Shown here: piece after piece, positions 1 through 10,200 of the stretch
Numbering within the stretch: the first letter of the stretch is position 1
How the letters are laid out: every line of letters begins with the position of its first letter
Assembly: GCA_001724265.1 (NCBI GenBank)
Contig: MEDY01000141.1
Coordinates: 55,312 to 75,311 of the forward strand
Source: Rhizaria sp. SCN 62-66
Lineage: Eukaryota
Length of the DNA stretch: 20,000 bases
Reading direction: 5' to 3'
The notes under the pieces: model-generated
The model's input: the letters and a program-made list of their open reading frames with translations, nothing else
Told to the model about the DNA's origin: nothing
Databases searched by the model: none
Translations under genes and position numbers: made by a program

Positions 1-2
1 CG

Positions 3-935
3 GCGACGTTTTATGAGGAGATATCGCTGTTGCGGTCTGTCACAGTCACACGCCTGCCCGGCCCGGCCACTGCGCCCGCACTCGCCGCCGCACTCGCACA
101 CTCAAGCAGCGCCCTGAACACTAACAGCGGCAAGAGCGCGAGCGCGAGTGCGAACGCCGTGGTGACTGTGAGCGAGGCGCGTGCGTCGCTGGCGGCTTAC
201 CTTTCGTGCTGCGCGGGGTACTTGCGGTCGCAGGTGCAGTATAACCAGCTGTTTCTCTCGCTCATGGGTGACGTCTCCGTGACGGTGTCTAAGTACTTGC
301 TGCCGGCTAAGTACCGCGCGCGCGCCGAGGCCGTTGCGCTGGCAGCGGACGTCGCTGGTGCGGCGAAGGCAGCGGCACGGAACGCGCTCACTGCAACCAC
401 TGCCGCCGCCGCCGCCGCCGCCGCCGCTGCCGCTGCGGATCGCAACAACAGCGATTTTGATGACAGCGCCGACGATGACGGCGATGACGACAGCGACGGC
501 GGCGACGATGACGACGAAGATGACGACGATAAGGTCGACGAAGAGGAGCACACTGACGGTGACAGCGAAGACGACGCTGGCGGCGGCGGCGGCGGCGGCC
601 GCTCCAAACGCCGCCGCCGCTGCCGTCTCTGCCGCCGCGGCCGCGGCCGCGCGAACGGCGGCCGCGACGGCGGCAGCGACGACGTGGCCGTTGCAGCTGG
701 CGGGCCGGCTGCGGATATCGCGTGGGCGCTGCCTTACGCGGGCATTGAACCTGCCCCCCGCGGTCGCCGTCTCCTCAGTGGCGACCGCGACGGGGGCCGT
801 GGTGCTTGCGGTCACCACCGCGGCGCGCACGGGATTAAGTTTAGCCGCGCCCACAGTCATCCTCACAACGACAACAGCGCAAGCAGCAGCGCCAACTCTG
901 CTGCCTCGGCGGCGACGGCTGCTGCGGCGGGCTCC

Positions 936-985
<50 letters not shown>

Positions 986-1676
986 GCCTGGCAGTGGCGA
1001 TGTGACTGTGGGCACTGTGTACGCTGACGGTGTTCCTGGCGAGAGCATCGCGCTCTGCTCCTTCATCTCGCTCTCCAATCACGTCATCAACAACAACTGC
1101 AACGCGAGTGCGAATGAGAGTGTGAGTGCAACGGGAGCGCACGTGCCCGCTGCTCCAACCGCGTCTGCAGCGTCACTGGGCCCGCGTGTGGTGCGACTGG
1201 AGCTCGCCGCGCTGTTTGCCACCACGACCGACGCGTGCGCACTCACCGGCAGCGGCGTCGCTGCCGGCGACGGTACCGGCTCCGCTGCTTCGACGGGGAG
1301 TGCGAGTATGATGGAGATGACTGCGGGCCACGACGCCGACGCGCCCGTGGCTTCACGCGAAGTCTGGACGCTGGCCGACGCTCTTGTCGCCGCTGTGGCC
1401 GCCGCTGGCAGTCAAAACAGCAGCAACAGCACCATGTCTTTGGCCGGACTGTCGTTGCGCAGTGTGGCAGTGCAGCCAGGAGTGCGCGTGCGCGTCGCAG
1501 CCTCTGACATCGCTTGTGGGTTTGCTGCTGAGGAGCCGCTGCTGGAGCGCGCGGAAGTGCGCGAGGCCGTTGAGCTGGCGGCCAAGGTTGTGCTGAGTTT
1601 GACTAATTCGCTGCCTGCGACGTTTGTGTGGGTCGCGAGCGCGCTCACGCACGCCAGGGCGCTCATCTTGAAGTAA
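3..1676 (+). CDS. MED1: 3' part of a putative Mediator complex subunit 1 (Med1 domain) with large low-complexity insertions; 5' end lies outside the window
   Basis: The frame is open from position 3 (ATFYEEISLLRSVTV...) to TAA at 1674-1676. LRSQVQYNQLFLSL (222-263) resembles the Med1 motif recalled from human MED1 (IRHQVAYNTLIGSC). The C-terminal AAKVVLSLTNSLPATFVWV (~1578-1634) resembles the end of the Med1 domain (IAKVVQRCMSIPVTM). The two motifs are in the expected order. Recognition is from memory; no HMM was run. Confidence 0.55.
939..983 (+). repeat. (GCT)15 perfect trinucleotide microsatellite encoding poly-Ala in the MED1-like CDS
   Basis: Directly visible in the sequence. Confidence 0.95.
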
Positions 1677-2240
1677 TATTTGCGTCGAGTTCCACAGGAA
1701 TATTTTCATTTGTTTACCTAATTTACAGACGTTACTCCCAAATAACTTATTTTAATACAAAAATCTTGTTTTTTTGTTCATAGATCTTTGTTATGGGGAT
1801 ACACTGCGTTGAGAGTAGTTTCTTGACATGCATTTGTGGTCGAAGCTGACCCTTCGGCCTGTCGGGCCTGCCGCTGGCATCCTGAAAGAGACAGGTCATA
1901 CCGCACGATTTTAATCATCGAATAGTACTGAAGGACCACATTTAGAAATTATCGCTTGTCTAGATTTACTACTTTCAATAATACTTGCCAGACTCGAGAT
2001 CTTCGTGTTGAGGTATCTGTGGTATTCATCCGTTGAAGGCCCTTCCGTCGAGTTCTTCGTCCTTGTTTCAATCCCACTCATCATACTCTACTTTCTTGAC
2101 TCAACCTTATTTTAGCTCTTTTTTGGCTTTCTAGGTTGACAGCATATCACAAGACTGTTTAAGCGCTCGAGCACCAACCTTCGGCTCTCTCAGAGACCTT
2201 TCAGTTTTAGCCGTTGAATCGGTGACCTCTGTCTTGGAGA

Positions 2241-5200
2241 ATGCCGTCCTCCGACACTGAGCGCTCCAGTTCGAGCAGCAGCTCTAGCAGCCGCTCGCAC
2301 GACAGCAAAGACCGCCCGCGCGACCGCAGCCGCGACCGCAGCAGCCGTGAACGCAGCACCCGCGACCGTGACAGCTCAGACAAGAAGGACAGCCGCGACC
2401 GCAGTCGTGACCGTGCCCGTGACCGTGAACGCAGCAAGAGCCGCGAGCGCACCCGCGACCGCGGCGACCGTGACCGTGAGCGCACGCGTGACTGCAGCCG
2501 CGAGCGCAGCAGCGAACGCAGCAGCCGCAAGAGCAAGAGCAAGAGTGACCGCAGCGACCGCAGTGACCGCCACCGGAGTAGCCGCAGCAGCCGCCGCGAC
2601 CGCGACCGTGACCGCGACCGTAGCCGGCGCCGTCGCCGCTCCCGCTCCCGCTCCTCTGACTCCAGCTCTAGCGGCTCTAGTTCTGACTCTAACAGCTTTG
2701 AATCTGACGACGATGACCGCAAACACCGCAAGGACCGTAAAAAGGGCAGTAGCTCACGCGGTGTCGCCGCGTCCCAGTCCTTGAAGCACGCCCCCAAAGA
2801 GGAGCAACCCGCCGCGCCGGTGCTTTCCTCCACCGAACGCGAGGCCCGCCTGCGCGCAGTTCGCGAAATGCTAAACAACAACCCTCTCCTGCGCTCGGGC
2901 GGCTTAACTTCGACCGGCGGCGGTACTGGGAGTACTAACGTGCTTGATGACGAGGCTGACCCGACTGCACGGCCGTTCGTGTGGCGCAAGAAGGTCGAGA
3001 AGGCTGCCGAAGAGGGCGTGCGCGTGGACACCTCAGCGGCGGCGTATGAGAGCAAGCTGATCGCGCACCAGGGTGAGATCGTACGGCTGCAGCAGACGCG
3101 CGTACAGCGTGATAAAGAGAAGCTTGAGAGTGAAGCGTTCCGTGAACAGGCAGTGCGCGACCTCGACATGGAGGAAAACCTCGGTTGGGACGCCAAGGAA
3201 GAGGAGTTTCACCGTCTGCAAGCGATGCGCAAGAGTGAGATCCGGCTCAAAGACGGCCGCGCGCGCGTCGTCGACGTGCTGTCGCTCAACGTGCACGTCA
3301 AGCTGCTGTGTGACGACCCCGAGGCCGCCGCGAAGGCCGGGCTTGCGCTGGGCGAGTCGCAGCGCGAAGTGACCGCGCGGCTTGACTTCATCGCGACGCT
3401 CGAGGCGACGCGCCTGTCGCCCGCGGGCGTGGTCGCCACGGTCTGCGCGGTGCCCGCGCTGGAGGAGCTCCTGGCGGACCTCACGGAGCTCGTCAAGCTG
3501 GGCGGGGCGCCCTGGGTGGGGCGCTACTGGGGGCATCTGCGCACTGTCACCGCGCGCGAGATAGCCATCGCCCGCCGCGTCACTGCGCAAAACCCCGCTT
3601 TGGCGCCCTACAACAGCAACGACTCGCAGTCGCAGCCGCCGCAGAGGCCGTCGTACCACTTGCAGAGCCAGATGTCTGGCTTCCGCTCCGGCTCGAGCTT
3701 TGGCTCGGGCGCGGGGTCTGCGACGCTGACCGGGGCGGCGGCACTGCAGTCTGAAAGCTGGCCCGAGGCCGTGCGCGCTGCCGCCGCCGCGGCCGTGGTT
3801 GCCGCCGAGTCCGGCGTGTCGGTCACTGTTGCCGCAGACGTTCTTGCGCTGCTCACGCGGAAGAACCTCAAGTCGATTACAGCGCTCGAGATGGACGTGG
3901 CTGCCCGTCTGCGCAGCGCTACCAGCAGCACCAGCGGCGACAGCAGTGGTAGCGGTGGGGATGCGCGGTACTGGGAGGTTGTCTCGGCTGAGCTGCGCGT
4001 GGCGAAGGCGCGCGCGTGGCTCTCCGCGTTCCACCGGTCCGTGCTGCGGCAGCGCGTGCGCACGTTGCGTGCACAGGCCGAGGAGGATGAGCGCGCGCTG
4101 ATGCTGGAGGCCGCGGCGGCGGGGCAGGTGCCGCGCGGGTTCGGCGACCAGGCCTTCTCTGCATCTGCCTCTGCAGCTGCTTCCTCATCCTCTGCTGCTG
4201 CTGCTGCTGCTGGTGGTGGTGCTGTTGACAGCGCTGCTTCAGAGAGTCAACAACATCAGTCAAGCGATGACAACGCGACCGTTTCTGCGACCAAGAACAC
4301 GATGGGCGACCTCGACGACACCGCTGGCGACGCTGCCGCGGCGGCTCCTGTGTCTGTCCCGACTGACGAGACCGCGGCTGCGCAGGATGGCGACGAGGAA
4401 GAAGAGGAGGACGCCGCTGCCGTCGCCGCAGCCGCCGAGGCCGCTGCCGCTGCCGCCGCCGCCGACGCCGCCGTACTCCGTGCCGTGCTGTCCGCGCCCG
4501 CGCCGCCGCCGCCGCGCGCGCTGCCGCTGTCGTCGCTGCCACCGTCCACCGCCGCCGACACGCCGACCGCCGCCGCGGCCGCGGCTTCACTGGCGGCGCA
4601 GCGGGCCGTGGTGCTGCAAGAGCGCGCTGAGGAAGCCGACGCCGCGCTATGGGCCTCGCTGCAGGCGCTACAGGCGAAAAAGGAGGCGCTCCGCATGGGC
4701 GCCGTAGGGGCCGTGCGCGCGGACGGCACCGCGGACCTGTTCTGCACTGTGCCGCCCGCCATCGCGCCCGCCGCCGCCGCGGCCGCGGTCGTCGCTGCCG
4801 CGCGCAGCCTCGGCACGGAGCCCCTCGACAGCGCCATCGCGGGCGGGGCCGGATCTACTGCGTCCGCGGCGGCCGCGGCGGAGGACGCGTTGTTTGCCGC
4901 TGTCGCCAAGGAGCAGCGTGCGGGCGCGGACGAGGAAGGCATGGCGCGTGAGGGTGAGGTTGCGCTGGCGCCGCGGCGTTATGAATGGCTGGACCGGTTC
5001 CGTCCGCGCAAACCGCGGTATTTCAACAAGGTCAAGACAGGGTTCGACTGGAACAAGTACAACTCGACGCACTACGACAAGGAGAACCCGCCACCCAAGG
5101 TGGTGCAGGGGTACAAGTTCAACATCTTCTACCCCGATCTGGTGGACCCGCGCGTCGCGCCGACGTACCGCATCGAGCCCGATCCGGAGGGCAATCCGGA

Positions 5201-5366
5201 CTACTGCGTCATCCGCTTCTCTGCGGGCGCACCGTACGAGGATGTCGCGTTTAAGATCGTGCGCAAGCAGTGGAATAACGCGCCGAAGCACGGGTTTAAG
5301 TGCGTCTTCCAGCGCGGCGTGCTCTCGCTTTGGTTCAACTTTAAGCGCATCTTCTACCGACGGTAA
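2241..5366 (+). CDS. CACTIN: Cactin (spliceosome-associated factor), 1041 aa, intronless
   Basis: N-terminal RS/RD-rich region. Cactin_mid motifs FVWRKK and WDAKEEEFHRLQAMRKSEIRLKDGRA, plus YW motifs. C-terminal CactinC domain KPRYFNKVKTGFDWNKYNSTHYDKENPPPKVVQGYKFNIFYPDL...F.AGAPYEDVAFKIV...LWFNFKRIFYRR, ending on TAA at the family's conserved C-terminus. Confidence 0.96.
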   Translation: MPSSDTERSSSSSSSSSRSHDSKDRPRDRSRDRSSRERSTRDRDSSDKKDSRDRSRDRARDRERSKSRERTRDRGDRDRERTRDCSRERSSERSSRKSKSKSDRSDRSDRHRSSRSSRRDRDRDRDRSRRRRRSRSRSSDSSSSGSSSDSNSFESDDDDRKHRKDRKKGSSSRGVAASQSLKHAPKEEQPAAPVLSSTEREARLRAVREMLNNNPLLRSGGLTSTGGGTGSTNVLDDEADPTARPFVWRKKVEKAAEEGVRVDTSAAAYESKLIAHQGEIVRLQQTRVQRDKEKLESEAFREQAVRDLDMEENLGWDAKEEEFHRLQAMRKSEIRLKDGRARVVDVLSLNVHVKLLCDDPEAAAKAGLALGESQREVTARLDFIATLEATRLSPAGVVATVCAVPALEELLADLTELVKLGGAPWVGRYWGHLRTVTAREIAIARRVTAQNPALAPYNSNDSQSQPPQRPSYHLQSQMSGFRSGSSFGSGAGSATLTGAAALQSESWPEAVRAAAAAAVVAAESGVSVTVAADVLALLTRKNLKSITALEMDVAARLRSATSSTSGDSSGSGGDARYWEVVSAELRVAKARAWLSAFHRSVLRQRVRTLRAQAEEDERALMLEAAAAGQVPRGFGDQAFSASASAAASSSSAAAAAAGGGAVDSAASESQQHQSSDDNATVSATKNTMGDLDDTAGDAAAAAPVSVPTDETAAAQDGDEEEEEDAAAVAAAAEAAAAAAAADAAVLRAVLSAPAPPPPRALPLSSLPPSTAADTPTAAAAAASLAAQRAVVLQERAEEADAALWASLQALQAKKEALRMGAVGAVRADGTADLFCTVPPAIAPAAAAAAVVAAARSLGTEPLDSAIAGGAGSTASAAAAAEDALFAAVAKEQRAGADEEGMAREGEVALAPRRYEWLDRFRPRKPRYFNKVKTGFDWNKYNSTHYDKENPPPKVVQGYKFNIFYPDLVDPRVAPTYRIEPDPEGNPDYCVIRFSAGAPYEDVAFKIVRKQWNNAPKHGFKCVFQRGVLSLWFNFKRIFYRR

Positions 5367-5888
5367 TTAAAGGCACGGCTTATTATTATAGCTCTATTTC
5401 AGCGCTTCTGCTCTAGTCTTAACAACCCGTTTTATTCTTATTGATTCTAGTACGAATACACATATTAAATTCGATCGGCGTGCTGCTTGATGTTCATGAA
5501 CTTGTTTTTATTGGCCATATTTTCGTTACTGGTGATCCTTGTGTTGTTATTGTTGTTGTTAGTCAGCGTGACTTTAATAGGAGTGCACTCGTCAGCGTAC
5601 GGAATAGTTAAGCGCATAATAATTAGCGGAAAACGTATCTTCAATCAACAAATGAAAATCAAATTAAATCACAAATAATCATGCTATCCTTTTTTTGTCG
5701 GCGATTTGACTGCGTGTGATCCACTGAACCGGTGAGTAGTGACGTGGCAATGAATAAAGACGTATGATTGATAATATGCACATTCCAAAAGTATATGACT
5801 TGAAATAAGAAGCACAATGAAATATTAAAATAAAAAAGATATGAAACTGTGTATCAAAGTTACGTTCTTGTCAAAATTGTTTGTCTTT

Positions 5889-7179
5889 TTACCGGAAACG
5901 CGACTGTGACTGTGTGCGTGAGTGTGGCATGGGCGACGGACTGATGCCAAAACGGGCACCTAACGGCTCCACAGCCTCTACTGCACCGTTGCCGTCATCG
6001 TCACCGCTGGTATCACCCGCGCTGTCGCGACTAGCATGCGTGTCCCTCTTACTCGCACCCACATTAGAGCCATTGCTACTGCGGCCCTGCTGTTGTTGCT
6101 GTTGCTGCTGTTGCTGGGTGACGAGCGCGCCAATGCGCTTCTCGTAATCGCGGATTTGCTCTCGCAGCACCGAGACCGTCAGCGCAGCTTCCTCCGCCGC
6201 CGCCGCGCGCGCCGCAGCCGCCTCACCCTGCCAGTCTTGCAGTCGTGCCGCAGCCTGCGCAGTCTGCTCCCGCGCGGCCGTGAGCTCGGCGTCGGCACGT
6301 GCCTGCCACTGCGCGAAACCAACCTTGGCTTCGTCCAGCGCGCGGGCCTGCGCGGACACCTGGGACTCGAGGCGGCTTAACTTCGATGGGCAGCTCGCGT
6401 GCACGAGTGACAGTTCCGCAACGTGGGCCGACAACGACGCCACCTGCTGTCGCAACACTGGCAACATACCACCCTCTTCTGCAGCGTCTGCGGGAGAGCT
6501 CGCAGTGGCAGCACTAGCGCTACCGCTGCTGTCAGAAGAGCTAGCAGAGAGTGATTGTGTGAGTGTGTCAATATGCGCGCAATAAACCGCGCGCTCGCGT
6601 TCAAGCTCACTCACACGCTCACGCAGCTCCGATACATCCGCAGCACTACCGACGACAGCGGCGTCATCGCCATTCGTACTCTCAGACGCGTCAGCACCCC
6701 GGACACCACCGCGCGCGTCGCTGTTGATGTTCGCGTTGGCGTTGGCGGTCGCGCTAGCGACAATCCCCTCGGCCCGCGCCAGCGCCTCAGCGTCGACACC
6801 GAGTCCGGCGAGCATCGCGCGCAGCCCCTGCGCCGCCGCAGCCGCCGCCTGGCAGCGGGCCTCCGCGGCGGCCTCGGCCTGCTCTGCGCGGCGCGCGCGC
6901 GCCGTCTCGCCCTCGGCGCGGGCCAGCGCTGCGGTTGTTTCGACGCGTGCGGCCACGGCGGCGGCGTCGGCGGTGTCGGCGAGACGGCGGTACGTCTCTG
7001 CCACGGCCAATGGCACTACGGATGAGTTCGAACCAGCAGCACTAGAGCCAGAGCCGCTAAAAGTGCCACCAGTGGTGGAGTTCATAGTGTTCGCACCTGA
7101 TGAGCTGTTGCTGTTGCCGTTGGGGTTGTTGTTGTTGCCACCGAGCATGCTGCTCCCGCCAGCGAGTGCTGTGTTAGCG

Positions 7180-7238
<59 letters not shown>

Positions 7239-10200
7239 ATTGTTGTTGTTAAGAGGGGACATGACTGTGGCAGCGACTGAGAATGCGGTCGGCGACCCCA
7301 CCACAGAAGCATCCCAGCCACTTCCACTGACAGAACCCCCCTCGTTCTCCTCCCCCGCCACCGCAACGACACTGTTGTTCGCGATTAGATTCGCGTTCGC
7401 GGCGCGGAGGTTCGAGTTGAGGACGCGGTCTGCGGAGAGCCGCGCTGTGGCGGCCGCGAGCTCGGCCTTGGCGTGCTCGTAGTGCGCGGATAGCGCGGCG
7501 AGCTCGGACGTGCGGGACGCGAGACTGCGCTCGGCGGTGGACAGACGCACGTGCAGTGACGCCAAAACAGCAGTCGACGCAGCATTTGAGGCAACGGTTG
7601 CAGCAGCAGTCGCCGCAGCAGTGGCAGTGGAGTCGGTGTGAGTCGAACTCTTCACAGTATCGACAGCAGACGAGTCAGCAGACTGCGAGTTATCGCTGAC
7701 AGCCTCAGCTTCAGCCGTTTCGGTCTGGCCAGCACTAGAGCCAGAGTCAGAGTTAGCACGGAGGGCTTGTTGACGTGCATTTTCCTGCATCTGTACTTGC
7801 ACTGGCGCCGGCACAGCTTGCTGTTGCTGTTGCTGTAAGCGTGAGTGTAAGTACTGCTCGAGCACACTGGGCAGTGGAACCGTGGCACCGGACGGGAGCC
7901 GCACAGTCACCAACTGCGCTGACACCGGCCCGCCGTCACCACCCGCAGCGACACAGTGCGACGACGACGACGACAACGCAGCTGCTGCTGTGCTCGATGC
8001 AGCGGTGCTGAAGTACGCTCCCGTCGCTACCGCAAGCGCAGGCGCAGCGGAAAGAGTCACCGTAGCCAGCGGCAACAGCGCAAGCTCACTCTCAACATCG
8101 CCGTGATCCTCGCTCTGCTCAGCATCAGCATCAGGGTGAACAGTCCCACTGTTGGCTTGTGTGTAAGCACGAGCGTGCGCGTGCGCGGAGACCCTCGCGC
8201 GCGCACCTGCGCCGACAGCGGCCGCAGCTACAGCGCGGCGCACCGCCGCCGCCTCCTCACTCGCGCGCGCGGCCTCCGCCCTAGCCCGCGCCGCGTCGGC
8301 CTGCGCCGCGGCAACGTTCGCCCGCAGTCCCGGCACTGTCGCGGCGTCCGCCATGGCCTCCGCGGCGGTCGCCTCCGCCCGCGCCAGCGCCGCGCTAGTG
8401 GTGGCGAGCCGCGACGCGAGGTTGAGTGTGGCGAGCAGCGGTTCCAAGGCGGCGGGCAGCGCGGCAAGGGAGGGGGAGAACGCGGAGGCACGCGCCGCGC
8501 CGCCGCCGAACAGCGGGGATGCGGAGGCCGACATTGAGGATGATGCGGCAATGGAGAGCAAGTTGGCCCCGGCGCCGGCGCGCGAGTGCGTACGCGTGCT
8601 TGGCGTGGAGTCAACATGAGCAAACGCACTAGGCAACTGCAACTGCAAAAAGTTGTTATCCCTGTTATCGAGCAGACTGCGGCCGTTGAGCGCGCTCTTG
8701 GGGGAGGCATTGGGCAGCTCAAGGGTGTTGCCAGAGGTAGCGACAACCGCTGCCTTGGCCTTAGGACTGCCCAGTGTTGTAGCGTCGTCGCCACCGTTGG
8801 CCTCACGCGAGTTGCCTTCAGTGGCATCGGCGTCGTTGTCGGTATCGGTGTCAAGTGCGAAGGTCGACTCGAGCTGAATACCCGCCATCCGCGCCACCGC
8901 AGAGACAACGGCGGCGATAGACGCGCTTGTTTCCTCCGCTGCCGCCGTCGCCGCCGCCGCCTGCGCTACCTGCCCCCGCGGACCACCAGTGGCGCCAGTG
9001 ATAGCACCGTCGCCAGTACCTGTGGCATCACTGATGCCGTCGGTACTCGTGACGGGACACGTGAGTGCGCGCCGTGCGTCCGACAGCTCGTCGCGGACGA
9101 GCGCCAGCTCCCGCCTCAGCGCAGCCATCTCGGCCTCTGCACCCCGCGCTGCCGCTTGCAGACCGGAGATGAGCCGGCCGCGCTCCTCGTGCGCCGCCGC
9201 GGCCGCCGCCGCCTCGGCTGCCGCGGCCGCGCCCGCCGTAGCCAGCCCGCGCGCGCGTGCATCGCCTTCCTCCCGTGCCTCAGCCACCGCNGGCCGCGGC
9301 AGAGGCGGCGGCGGCGGCCTGCGCGGCGCGCGCGTCGTCGCGCTCCGCCAGCGCGGCCGTGAGCGCGGACTGAAGTGTGTCGCAGCGGTCGCGGAAACCG
9401 TCGGCGGCGGTTGTGGCGGCCGTGGCAGCGGAGGACGCGGCGGCGGCGCGCGCATCGGCGGCGGCCTTGGCGCGGGAGGCTGCGGCGACGGCGGTCTTGA
9501 TCTTGGCGGATGTGTCAGCGCGCTCAGTCGCGAGCGCAGTTGCGGCGGCTGCGGCGGACTCCTGTGCGGTCGCGGCGGCGAGCTCGGCGGTCTGCTGCGC
9601 GTCTTCCGCCGCCGCAGTGGCTGCAAGGGACGCGGTGAGCTGCTCCGAGAGCGCGACGACGGAGGCGCGCAGTCTGTCGGCCTCAGCTAAGAGGGACTCG
9701 CGGTCACGGGCCCAGTCAACACACGCCGCGCACTCGGCAGCCGGTTGTTGTTGATGCTGTTGTATGCCGTGCTGGTTCTTAGATGACGTGTAAGGGGGCG
9801 AGCGTGACCGCAGCGGTGCGGCTGTGAGCGCTGCAGCGGATGACCGCGAAGCAGCGCCGCTGCCGACACCGCCACTCGTCGACACCGCAGTCGCGGCCGG
9901 GCCAGCAACAGGAGCCGTGTTGTTGCCCGGATTGTTGCTATTGTTGCTGCTGTTGTTGCTGTACTGGCCACCGCGGGGGCTGCGGGAGCGGCCGGCGGTT
10001 GACCGGCGCACAGCAGTGCGGCTTACACTCGATCCGGCTGCGGCGCCGGCGGTGACTGAGCTGGCGTTGGAGCCCCGGCGTTGCGCCTGAGCCAGCGCTC
10101 GCGACTGCGACAGTGAATTCGGCTGTGAAAGCGGAGACTGAGGCTGCTGGTCGGGCGCGGGCGATTGTGGCGCTGATGCCAGACCGATCGTCACAACAGC

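Noticed and set aside
1840-1935. Short 5S rRNA-like words (GAAGCT, GTCGGGCCTG, GGTCATACC, TAGTACT)
   Set aside because: Order and spacing do not match 5S rRNA.
1981-1991. ATACTTGCCAG resembling the U1 snRNA 5' end (ATACTTACCTG)
   Set aside because: No U1-70K loop (GATCACGAAG), U1A loop (ATTGCAC) or properly spaced Sm site downstream.
5364-5366. Ciliate-type code with both UAA and UAG as Gln
   Set aside because: Cactin ends on TAA exactly at its conserved C-terminus, and all gene ends here are TAA followed by AT-rich DNA.
5487-5678. 63-aa hydrophobic ORF
   Set aside because: It lies in the AT-rich convergent 3' spacer; its hydrophobicity comes from a (TTG)n repeat.
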